A DNA stretch of 64,000 nucleotides, taken from the NCBI RefSeq assembly GCF_006345805.1, contig NC_042998.1:89900001-89964000 (forward strand). The letters run 5' to 3'. This document shows positions 51,988-64,000 of the stretch, piece by piece (within the stretch, counting starts at the first letter, position 1; each line of letters begins with the position of its first letter). The stretch comes from Octopus sinensis. Its lineage: Eukaryota. The notes beneath the pieces are model-generated. The model saw only the letters and a program-made list of their open reading frames with translations. It ran no database searches and was not told the origin of the DNA. The position numbers were made by a program, and so were the translations under genes.

Positions 51988-54623
51988 CGTGCGTGTGTGT
52001 GCGTATATGTGTGTGAGAGAGAAAGAGCGTGCGTGTATGCGTGCGCACGCGTGTGTTATTTTACTTTGTCTTAGCATACATTATCATTGGTTCTTGTTGC
52101 CTTTCTTTTTATACATCGGTGCCTCCCTTCAAATGTCTGAGAGAAACAGCGTTCAGGGTAAATATACTCTACACAAGGTGAATCAGTATTGAAAAACCAG
52201 GTTTTGTATGGGATGGAATTAGTATAAAGAAAAGGTGTAAAATGAGTAAAACGTATCTATCTGCCATCCTTCGACAACCGCCGCCACATCCACCCACTCC
52301 AGGAGCAAGTCGAAAGTGATAAGGAAGCGTCGACGCCCAAAATCTGGGACAGGACTGCTAACACTACCAAAACATAACGAACTGGAGCGCATATACATGC
52401 ACACACACACACACACAAACAAACACACATATCCACGCACAACACACGTGCACACACGTACACACACATGCACGCGCACACGTGCTCATACACATACGCA
52501 TGCACACACACAAACATTATATACGTACCCTCTAACAGAAACGTACCAAACGTACCCACTAACAGAAACACGCACTATCTCTTTCTTTTCGTCTCTCTCT
52601 CTCTTTCTTACACATACACACACATACACACACGCACACACATACACACACGTACACACACGCACAGAGGCATACACGCATACACACATACGCGCGCACG
52701 GACACACACTCTCTCACACGGGTTGTTCACGCCTACAAGCGCGCACATTCACAAAAGGAATTAGTGTTTGAAATATCAATGGAGGTAACGTACTTAACGC
52801 TATCCACCTGAACAAGGACAGCTTTTTATAGTGTGACTTGTGGTCGATGAAATCGAACTTATTGTGAAAGACCGATGTCTTTTTTTTTATCGAATTGTTT
52901 GACTGCAACTTCTTTAAATAGGATAAAGTACTCCAGAGACAGGTGAGTTGGCTAGAATTAAAAAATAAAGTTCGAGCGGATATCAAAGAGAAAAGAAGAG
53001 GAAACAATTATAGGCGTAAGAGATGCATTTATAAGGTGGTACATATATATTTACAGTATGTATATAAGTCTTTACAGCTGTTTCAAATATTTAGAGAATA
53101 ATTGAAACCGCTGTATGAGTCTATTTACATCCTGTGAATATATGTAACATCTTATGCATTCCTTACGCCTCTCTTTCGATTAAAAATATTAAATATATCT
53201 GTACTCATGTTTTTTGTTTTATTTATTTTGTCTGAACTTCTAAATCTATCTCCTTCCTTTATGTGTATGTATGTGTGTGTGTGGGGGGCACAATTTCGTC
53301 CACTTAATTCAGGTATTATACTCAAAAATGCTCACGAACTTCTTAAAAGAAATATAAAGGCGCTATGACACAAGCCTATATCAAATGCCCAAATCTGGTT
53401 CGAAGGCGAGCACAATGCTATGGTGATGATGCTTGTTGAGGGAAGAACACGTGTTCATAATTATTCCAATCAAATTGTCTTTTAATTTTTGCTTGAGGAT
53501 TAATCTAAAAATTCTTAATTTCTTGAAAGTATCTCTCTTTCTAATTCAGAGTTGCTGTCAAATAATGGGCATGTGTGCCGTTGAATACTCCACAGCGACT
53601 AAATAAATTTGAACTGTTTTCGTTATAGCTGATTAATGTAGAGATTCAGATGAAGCCTTACGTAAGGCGTAACTGACCAACGAGTCGTGGACCAGAACAG
53701 GCCGTGACTCATTTGGTACCGGCTGCACAGAAAGAATAATTTTCTTCTTTTTTTTCTATTTTATTAACTATATCCATCAACAGGCAGTTTCTGCATTGCA
53801 TATGTATCATACATGTAACATTTAATATTATATTTGTAATATTTTAATTACATATTATGCATTTTACTGTGATTTGTTACGTGCGTGATCCCTCGGTCTG
53901 TGGGAAAATTATCATTACATGGAACTGGCCCGTGGTGCAAAAACGCTTGCTCTAAGTTCTAGGCTCAAAAGAATTTCTTAATGAACTGCTAGACTCTTGT
54001 TGGGATTACCCTATTACAGAGAGTTAATTACCGGCTAAATTGTCGGCGGTACTTACGTGATATGAGAAGAATCAATATTGACAACTTATCTACGAAATAT
54101 TAATAGGTGCTATTTTACGAATCCTTTTGGTGCAATAGATAGGAGAGCAAGCAACAGATGCGTGGCTCCACTCCTATAATGAGATATCTTTTCTAAACCC
54201 ATTTTTGTAGATATTATATTTGTATTCCGATACTTTGTCTATTTACACGCTAAATCGTACTGATGCTAGATATAAATTTTACCCTTATTTACGGCTTCTT
54301 TTGTAAATATACGAACTACCTACAACCTACAATTTAGTGGCTCATAGGTCCTAATAACCACACCAGATATCCCTAATTAAGGATAACTCCCTCAGATAAC
54401 ACCGGCGGTCAACAAGCCGAACAGGCAGACACGTGGAAGTCATGATAATAACTACGAGACCTTAGATTCAGCCAACTTCTATTCTTCCTCTACCTCACAA
54501 TGGGTTTAATGAACTTTGAACCTAACTAAAATGTAAGACTTTCGAATCATTGAACATTTTCTTTTCCGGTTTCTCCCTCTATCTTTCGCTCTATTCTCCT
54601 CTTTGTCTATCTCTGCCTTCTTC

Positions 54624-54700
54624 GTTCTGATGATGTCTACCATTTGCAACGAGGTAAATACATGTTTACCTCAGCATGGTACACAGAAATAGCTGTAAAC
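54624..54700 (+). ncRNA. Penelope-type minimal hammerhead motif, intact core
   Basis: GTT-CTGATGA-TGT...ACA-GAAA-TAGCTG-TA-AAC with a branched stem II. Confidence 0.6.
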
Positions 54701-54929
54701 TCACTCTTGCTTAGCTAATTAAGTAATGGCTTTTTAACACCAAAGACATCTTCTCGTTGTTTTTCCTCCATTTTCTTATCGCATATATATACATTAAACT
54801 ACCGTTTACCTTTTTAATTACCTGCTGCCGTATATCTCATATCAAGGACCATACTTACTGAGGTAATTACCAGGAGTGCTTTTGGATTCACCTATCCCTT
54901 AGAGGGTTTAAACACCTCTAACTTATACC

Positions 54930-54985
<56 letters not shown>

Positions 54986-55341
54986 TACATACATACAAGC
55001 ACACACATACAGAGAGAGAGGAGGAGAGAGTGCGTGTGTGTGTGTTATTACTGAAGGATTATCAATGCGGACAAAATACTTTGTAAACTCTCTGTTAGAA
55101 CACCAGGCTAAGAGTGATATACAAGACAAGGCATAAATAAAGGTCATTACATAATCCTTTATTGAAGTAAATTTGACTTATAGCTGTTTCCAATAGTCGT
55201 TATAGGTTTGCTATTGGTAAGTTTACTAAATCGGCTGATTGAACGCTTAAAATAATTGAACGACTGAGAGAATTATCCAGATATTGTGTTGAAACTTGAT
55301 ATAGGCCACTTACTCTGATGGTTATCTTAAATCTTTAATAT

Positions 55342-57334
55342 CACTGTGCAACAAATTTCAGGTTAAAAAAAAATACAAGTTAAGTAAGACTTGTTTCTGG
55401 TTCAAAAAATTGTGCTGATTCTGATTTCTCCAGATTAGGCACCGTTTTCCTGTACCATGGACCATATTTTTTATAATATATTGCATAATATTGCGTATTG
55501 AACACAACATTGCAAATACTGAAAGTTACACAAAAAAAAAATTAGTTGGTATAACAAAACATATATTGGTTATGAATTAAAAACGCACCTGTCAGTTTAA
55601 ACAACTTTTGTCCTTCTAAGCCTCTTGTGCGGAGTGTGATCTTTCTTTATACTCCAGCAGTAGTCTGTCAACATGCCAGGGTTCTATTTTTCATTGAATC
55701 GTTGCTCCATCTCTGAAATATCCTGATGGAATCTTTCGCCATGTTCATCACTTACATCACCAAGATTTTCCGCAAAAAAATCCAAATGAGAGTGAAGCAC
55801 ATGAACTTTTAGAGACATGTTACATCCCATATCATGATAATGACTCAGTAGATCATTCACAACTTGCACATAGTCTTCTGAACGATGGTTGCCCAGGAAA
55901 CTATCGCAAACTTTCTTGAATGACTCAAAGGCAAGCGGCTCTTTTCTCTTGAGATGTGTGATGAAGGTTTCATCAAGTACAATTTTTCGAATTTGGGAAC
56001 CTATGAAGAAACCTTCTTTAATTGTAGCTTGACTCAGGGAAAGGAACTTTTCTGCAAGATATGCAAATGCGAGGATTCCTTGTCCAAGGCTTTCACAAAT
56101 TGCTTAAACAAACCAAGTTTAATATGCAAAGGTGGTAAAAAAATTATATCACTTTTCACAAGTGGTTTGTGCATGATGTGTTTTCCTTGCTCAATTTCAT
56201 CTCGGATCGGCCAATCCTTGCATACATAATGTTCAGCTCTTGCTCTGGAATTCCATAAGTACAGGAAGCAGCAAACTTTAATATAGCCAAGCTGAAGGCC
56301 AGTAAGCATGGTCACAACCTTAAAATCTGCACAAATATACCAGGTATGGTCATCATACTTGTATACTTTTAGAATTGCTTTCAGATTTTCATATGATTCT
56401 TTCATGGTTGTGCTATAAGCTATAGGAACAGAAGGCAGAGTGTTACCATTACGTAGCAGAACAGTTTTGATACTGTCCTTGGATGCATCTATGAAAAGTC
56501 GCCAGTTGGTTTTATCATTGTATTTCCAGTCGCTCAAAAAGTTATGTGATGTCATTACAAAAGCATAAGTCATCCTTCATGGTGAATAATGCAAGCAGAT
56601 TCACAATACGTTTTTTGTACAGTTATCTTCACTCATTTCTCAAGAAGATTACGTTCTTGAAGTCTTGATGCCAGAAACTCACTTTTCTCTTTGGTTAAAT
56701 AGAGATCCCTGCACAAGTCATTTAGAGCCTCTTGAGAAAATGGTATAGGTTTATTCTCGCTTTTTGGATCATTGGGCTCCACATATTCACCACTGGAATG
56801 TTCATCAGCACTGCTGGAACTCTGCATTTCTTGATCTGGAGGTTTGGGTTTGGGCACAGGTAAATTTTCTGTAAGGCAACACACACGAGGTGCCCATGAC
56901 TTATCCCGGTCTCCTAAGTAACAATCGAAGTACGCCTAGTATATATTTTCTTGATATGGCCCATAATACTGCGCTTTTCATTAGCAAAAGTCAATTCCCC
57001 ACAGATATAATAGAATCTGTTTGGATCATTTTTGCACTGTCTTGCACTCATTGTTGAAAACAAATAAGATCTCAAAGATAAAAATAACATTAAACACAAG
57101 CTTTGAATCACATTGTAGGTGTTACTAAGATTGGCCTCTACCCCTGGGTTGAAACCCATTTTACAATGCGGTAGAGAATTTTATTTAATAATAATGACTA
57201 AACGGGTATACGTGACAATTCTGTAGAAACCATGCCTAATTCAACAAAAAGAAGGCCAGAAATGGATTTCCCATGTCATTTTGCATATAAAAATGTCCAC
57301 AGATCACTTGTACTCTTTTGAGTGTTGCACAGTG
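55342..57334 (-). mobile_element. Chapaev3-like (CMC superfamily) DNA transposon, both ends intact, transposase disrupted
   Basis: Perfect 12-bp TIR CACTGTGCAACA; 3-bp TSD TAT on both sides; fragments CKNDPNRFYYICGE, WRLFIDASK, LPPLHIKLGL and MSLKVHVLHSHLDFF...SDEHGERFHQD. The superfamily name is from recall of these motifs. Confidence 0.75.
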
Positions 57335-57919
57335 TATTTGGTCATTCGTACTATCACATTCGGAGTGAATTTTATGAGGAAACAAATTAATGAAAATCAG
57401 CAGTAACTATATTATGATGGGAAGGTACAGAAAGATTTGGTAAGAGTGGATATTAAATAGAGATAGAAGTGAAAATGTGAGAATAAAAATAAAAATAAAA
57501 TAGAGGTATACGAAAAACCAAAGTTAATTCGATTTAATTTAAAATTATATTTAGCCTTCAAATGTAGCATTCTCTAGGGCATTCAATTTTTGTCAACCTT
57601 TCAATGCTCCGATTGAGTAAATCTATCAATAACGAACCTCTAATGATCACCGGAAACAGCTGTAAATTAAATTTACCTCAATAAAGAAATATAGAAATAT
57701 GTAAAGACAATTATTTATTCCTTGTCTTGAATGTATGTGTGAGTGGGTGTATGTGTCATTATTCAGTTTTATTTCAAGATTTCTTGCCTATAGAGAAAGA
57801 GCTGGTTTCTAACCTATACCCAAGGTATCTTCATTGGAATTTCGATCACCACGCACCAACAATAGGGTATTTTTGTATGCATATATATATATGTGCAGAT
57901 TTGTATATTTTGTTTTATG

Positions 57920-57953
<34 letters not shown>

Positions 57954-58398
57954 TGTATGTATGTATGTATGTATGTATGCATGTATTTATGTATGTGTGG
58001 TTTTTAGTGATGAGTATACTCATCATCGTCCAAGTGACTAATTCTACTAAAAGAACGCAGGAAAGATACCATTCATTTTAACGGTAACTGCTAGCTTTTT
58101 GCGAAGAGTTTCACTAAATTTTACTAGCAAGATGCTGTGGGATGGGATCGAAAGTGGGGTACATAATTGTATTTATCAATACAGCCATGTCTATAGTAAT
58201 CTAAATAATTTTTCTTGGTATCACTCAGAATTCCGAATTTTATTTTCAATGAATAGGAAATAGTAAAGGACACATGAACATTTACTGTTTCTTACCTAAG
58301 GTATGTACAGAGTTAAGTCCGCGCAATCACAAAGAGAAGTCACATCTCTTTAAGCAGTCGAATTGCTAGATTATGTAGATGAGTGTGTCTACCTATTA

Positions 58399-58458
<60 letters not shown>

Positions 58459-58696
58459 GTGTGTGTGTGCGCGCGCGCGAGAGTGTATATGTATGTGTGT
58501 GGATAGAGAGAGAAAAAGAGTGAGAGTCAGGAACAGAGATAAATAGATTTATACTATGTGTAATTTCAATATATACTTACATAGATACATTCATACACAG
58601 ATACTTAAACACACACATATATGTATATGTATCTATGCATATGTACATATGTCAGTATATGTTTGTGTCTATATGTATATATATATGTGTGTATAT

Positions 58697-58780
<84 letters not shown>

Positions 58781-58856
58781 TACGTATGTATGTACGTAGG
58801 TATGCATGTATGTATATATGTATATATGTATGTATGTACGTAAGTATGCATGTATG

Positions 58857-58888
<32 letters not shown>

Positions 58889-60525
58889 TGTATGTATGTA
58901 TGTATGTATGTATGTATGTATGTATGTATGTATGTTGAGAGAGAGAGAGAGAGTAGGGAGGAAGTTGAAGTAAAGGAAAGATAAGGAAGAGGAAAAGGAT
59001 ATGGTCAAAAGCGGGGCCTGATGGCTGGAGATAAGTGGGGCTAGAAGTGATGACCGCATTTATTAATGTGCTATTGACCTACTCACAAACTGTCTAACTT
59101 ATGACACGTATAAGTTAATATAAAAAGCACTAGAATTTGAACAAAGCAGTGATCCTAGTTGACCTGAGTGAATTTAGTTAAAGTCCAGATATTGATTCCT
59201 TGATCTAAGATGATCCACGCCTGATGCATTATTTCATTTTCTCATGGCCTCCGTTAGAATCGTCAGAAAAATGCTTTGCAGTATATGATCTGACATTTTT
59301 TGTTCGAATTTCAAATTTCGCTGAGGTCAACTTTAACTTTCATTAATACGATAAAAGAAAGTACCAGTAATGCACTAAGGTTGATGGTATCAAGTAACCC
59401 CACTCTTCACAAAATTGTTGACCTTGCAGCGAAATCAGAAACCATTATATTTCATTCTTTCGAGGTCGATAAAATAAAGTACCAATCAAGCCTTTGATTT
59501 GATGGCATCGACTAATCCCCTGCAATCAAAATTGATGGTCTTGTGCTAAACAGCATTTCGCCCGTCTTTACGTGCTGAGTTCAAATTCTGCTGAGGTCGA
59601 CTAAAACTTTCATCATTTGGGATTCGATAAAAGAAGTATTTGTGAAGCGCTGAGGTCGAAGTAATCGACTAGCCCTTCTCCCAAAATTGCTGGCTTTGTG
59701 TCATTAATAGAAATTATTATTATTTTGACAATAATACACTGATGTCTAGTTAATCGATTGTAGACACGAAATCTGCCAAGTTTCAAAGTATCAATGTTTT
59801 TACAACGACAATTTTACATTATTGATACATATTTTATCAAACTGTCTAGCAATAAAACCTAAGTCGGCTGTCAGAATTTCGACTTACAATGTAGTGGGAT
59901 TGATCTGACTATTAACAAGTATTTAGTTTGTTTCAGCCCGTTTTCTAACATTAGGACGCTTTATACGTGGCTTACATAACTAAAAGGTGTTTCATATTGT
60001 AAGAGTTATTATACAGTGTTGGAAAACGTTACTTTTATTCTGGAAATTAAGATCATTATTATATTAGCTTATTAAATTTTGTTCCAAGAATAAAAATGCT
60101 CATTGTTAAAAGACTGATCTGAAAATTGCAATTATTTTCACAATGCTGTATAAGAGATCCAGACTGTTAGAATTGGCTTCAGATTTCTCTCAACATAAAC
60201 TCTATGAGGCGTATGAGAAGAGTAACGACAGCGTGTTTCCAGTGTCGGATATACCTACCTAAAAGTACAGAGTAAATTTTCTATGAATATTACAAACCAA
60301 AGCCTTTATGACGTATCGACGTTTGTAATGATGTTTTACTTCCGATGACTGTGTGACATTATACTATAGATATTGAGATGTTCAGTGATATCGACTTTGT
60401 TGAATAGCCATATTTATTTAATCTTGGTAATGTTGATTCACAAGCAGCGTAGTTATATTATAATTGCAATTGTCGTATGAGCAAATTATTGGTATTACTA
60501 TGTTATCTTGTGGGTTTCGAACTTC

Positions 60526-60527
<2 letters not shown>

Positions 60528-60602
<75 letters not shown>

Positions 60603-60603
60603 T
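60528..60603. repeat. (TAA)n microsatellite; second half at 61074-61131
   Basis: Direct reading. Confidence 0.95.
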
Positions 60604-61072
60604 GTGAAAGACCAAAACAATAAAGTTTGCTTATTGATCGACATGAGTATCCCCTGTGATCATAATATCTCAGCGAAAGAGTTTGACAAGCTCAGAAAAT
60701 ATAAAGACCTACTCATTGAAATTGAGAAAATGTGGCATCTCAAGGCGGTTACAATACCAGTGATCGTAGGAGCACTAGGAATGATCAAGAAGGGAACCGA
60801 AAATTATATGAGAATGATCCCTGGCTTACCATCCCTGCAAGAAGTGCAAAAGATTGTCTTAACTGGTACATCACACGTATTGAGAAGAGCATTGTCGATG
60901 TGAGAACTGTTGCTGCTCATGTATTTTAATTTAACTTAAAAAAAAAAAAAATGAACGAACTACTGAGTTTGGTTTAATGGCCTACCAATATATACTATGA
61001 GTTTCTTTGCCCTAGGAGTCGGGAAGACACTCGGCAAGAAATGGAAGCAAATTTGAAAGAAGAAAAAAAAAA

Positions 61073-61073
<1 letters not shown>
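60604..61073 (+). mobile_element. R4/Dong LINE 3' fragment (RLE domain + 3' UTR) inserted in (TAA)n
   Basis: CLLIDMSIPCDHNISAKEFDKLRKYKDL...IPVIVGALG...LQEVQKIVLTGTSHVLRRAL; TAA arrays on both sides. Confidence 0.85.
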
Positions 61074-61131
<58 letters not shown>

Positions 61132-61133
<2 letters not shown>

Positions 61134-61520
61134 AATTATTGTATACAGTGTTCAGGTGCACCACAACTTGTCAAAAGTGCAATTAAAGCATATGCAGTAA
61201 TGTACAAATGTCTGGAAAGTGAACAGTGTATGAGTCAGATACATGCTTGCGTGTGTATGGAGGGGAGAAAATCAGGTGTAGTGTTGGCGAATCTCAAGAA
61301 GCATGGAAGTTTTGAAGGATGCAGTGCTCTAACAACTAACAACTGATGCCGGCAGTTTGTTCCATACTTCAGCAACTCTTAGCGTGAAAAAATGTTTACG
61401 AAAGTCATGGGAGCTGTGCTGTTTTCTGACCTTGGAAACATGTCCACGGGTGTTAGACAGGTGGAGTTTGAAAAGTTGCTCAGAGTTATTGTTAGTAAGA
61501 TGGTTAATAATGTGCCGTTA
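61132..61520 (-). mobile_element. CR1 LINE 3' fragment
   Basis: TRGHVSKVRKQHSSHDFRKHFFTLRVAEVWNKLPASVV; the minus-strand 3' end runs into (ATT)n. Confidence 0.75.
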
Positions 61521-62199
61521 TTTTTCCCAGCACAATACCTTTTAAATTTAGACGTTTAGTTCAACTAGATATCAGAAATACTAAATATTAATACTGGCAA
61601 ACTCTATATTATTGCTCATCCTGCTAGAAATATCAGCCAAATCTCCCCACCACTACACCTTTACAGTCTTAACGGAAATATTAGACAATGCGAAAACGAA
61701 ATGGTCATGGGACTAAAATGTTTTTGATCTTATGACTACTTAGTCAGAATTGTCCTAGGGCTAAATAATAACAACCTAGTCTCAAGGGAATTCTGTAAAA
61801 CTTTAAATTCATCTAAAAAATGATGCAAAATATGTTGTTGATTCGTCTCTTATAGACGACTTGTCTGACCCCAATGGCCACGGACATATAACCTCTTTTC
61901 AAACGAGATAGAAAACCATTACGGTCAGTTAATTTGAAAACAAGAAAAAATTTTGTATGGGCCTGAAATGGGGTGGGTTATCACCCTTATATCGGCCCGG
62001 TCAGTAAACTTTTATGGTCCTAATCGACGAACTGGGCATCCCTGTCCTTAGGTTGGTTCCAGTCCGCAATTATGTTTTATAGTCCTAATCAACAAACAGG
62101 GAATCCCACGCCTGCAGCAGGTAGCGTTTAAAATACGGACAAGAGCTATAGATCTCATTACTGGAGTTTAAAAGGGCTGTTAAGAGAGTCTTGAAGGAT

Positions 62200-62400
62200 C
62201 CTCGCTCGTTTTGCTATGCAAACATACAATTTTCGACACCGCAGCCCCCTATTACAACGAAGCTCTGGCGTCCAGTGGGTTTAAGGACCGTATCTCCTAT
62301 ATGCCGGGCCCTAGTCACCACAAAAGGAAGCCCCACCGGAAAATCATTTGGCTTGCCCACCCATCTCTCTCAACATAAAAACCTGTGTGAGAAGGAACCG
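62200..62400 (+). mobile_element. Penelope-like element fragment
   Basis: FDTAAPYYNEALASSGFKDRISY...RKIIWL; homologous to the 50100 region. Confidence 0.65.
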
Positions 62401-63264
62401 GCCATACACCTCACAGAACTTTCTGATTAGTGTAAATTGGTAAATATCCCTTAGCTAAACAGTCAATAAAGCCAGAACACAAATGCAATTTTTGCCTGAA
62501 GAAGCGAACATATGTAATAATGGCTCCCCTTAAAATCTATGGATATTGCAAATCATGTGCTTTGTGGAAACGTACGTAACAATGCAGTAAAGTATTGATG
62601 AATTTCATTCAAAAGTTTTCGTTATTACTATATTTATACTACGCTATAACTGCACCAGACTAATAACCATCCTATAAAATTATTCTGGAAGATGAGAATG
62701 AGAAATACATAGCCGGAAAAAATAGCATAGGGGCTTTTTACGAGCACACTCAAAAGAGTTTCCCATAAACGAAGTTAAAGGATATATATATAATTATAAT
62801 AAGGGTTCAGCAAAAATTGCTTCACCACATACCGAAATTTAGAAATAGCAGTTAAATACTACCCCACTACCATAAGATATCTCCCAGACAGTAATACTCT
62901 CAACTCACTCAGGTAAAGAGAAAAAATAACGAATCTACCCGACTTTGATTAACTATAGACGCGTTTCTGGGTTAAAGAGATGTAAATAGATGTAAAGTCA
63001 TATTTCTACTCACTTATTCCCGTCGTCAGTATAGTATTTCAATTTTAAATTTGAGACCACTGATAATTAATATACGTATTCGACCAAGCGACATCGAACA
63101 GCTTATATCCAAAAACCAGTACTTCCGAATGCAAACAGACGAGTGAGATCTCGCATTCTTCCCCAATCACCCATGTGTACCACGAGTAATTCCGCAGAAA
63201 CTGCAGTTTACTATCAAGGAGTGAATTATATTATCAATTATAATGAGGGTAAAATTAATTAATT

Positions 63265-63297
<33 letters not shown>

Positions 63298-63313
63298 TCA
63301 CACACACACGCAT

Positions 63314-63356
<43 letters not shown>

Positions 63357-63371
63357 ATATATATATATATT

Positions 63372-63405
<34 letters not shown>

Positions 63406-63666
63406 CTTACTCCCTAAAAACGGAGATGACCATGGTTAATATGCCTCGCCTCATAGGCTTGCTCGATCAGGGTTGACCAATAGATGTATATGTGTATGTT
63501 TATAAATATCAAGATTAATCAGCCGAAATTGCGAGGATGATCCGGTTCTTGACTGAAGATTAAAGGCTTTGAATGACCCGTCCGTGTTTTTTGTATCGTC
63601 TATTTGGATGTTTTGCGTTCTTGTCCCATTTTGTATTTTATATATTTATAAATAGATGGACAAACA

Positions 63667-63799
<133 letters not shown>

Positions 63800-63857
63800 A
63801 AGCCTTTCATATAGACATAGTATATCTAGAAAGAATTTCATTTTCCATAGATATATA

Positions 63858-64000
63858 CGAGAAGGTACCCAAAAGTAACCGGAAACGTTCTCTGTAGGAC
63901 AAGCCCGTTGTAGTTCATGCTACCACTACTACAGGCCACTTGATGCGACCCTCAAATATGAGTATGTCGATGAGCGTCGTCCGGTGAGATCGTAGAGCTA
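63858..64000 (+). mobile_element. Mariner-like left end (runs off the window)
   Basis: TA|CGAGAAGGTACCCAAAAGTAACCGGAA resembles mariner TIRs. Confidence 0.5.

Noticed and set aside
53641-53690. Hammerhead-like CAGATGA-A-GCCTTA/TAAGGC-GTAAC...GTC
   Set aside because: Two core substitutions and no stem I pairing.
62011-62107. CRISPR-like repeat-spacer-repeat
   Set aside because: Only two imperfect units, no cas genes, and a eukaryotic context.

Overview
Repeat-rich eukaryotic (metazoan) DNA. The SINE families and microsatellite load point to a coleoid cephalopod, most likely Octopus; this is inference from recognising the repeats. The one clear gene is a + strand, intron-rich EGFL7/EGFL8-like secreted-protein gene that the ORF track largely misses. 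Seven GT-AG exons (6226-6357, 7878-7996, 32060-32155, 36228-36350, 39244-39332, 40343-40562, 44990-45021) splice in frame to 269 aa: EMI domain, EGF, calcium-binding EGF, then a coiled coil ending SMREQIGLLEERIEEC. The signal-peptide exon was not found. The rest is transposon debris: tRNA-derived SINEs, CR1-like, RTE and R4/Dong LINEs, Penelope fragments, mariner, pogo, a Chapaev3-like element with intact ends, Helitron/Helentron non-autonomous elements, and many microsatellites. Most notable observations: (1) a family of Penelope-type minimal hammerhead ribozyme motifs, one inside a 1.2-kb element with ~108-bp inverted termini; (2) a candidate 60-nt symmetric cassette exon that would add two Cys inside the EMI domain; (3) a SINE and a LINE sharing a 3' tail stem-loop with compensatory base changes; (4) R4/Dong elements apparently targeting (TAA)n and (CATA)n microsatellites. 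No prokaryotic features or CRISPR arrays were seen. All alignments and folds were done by eye.
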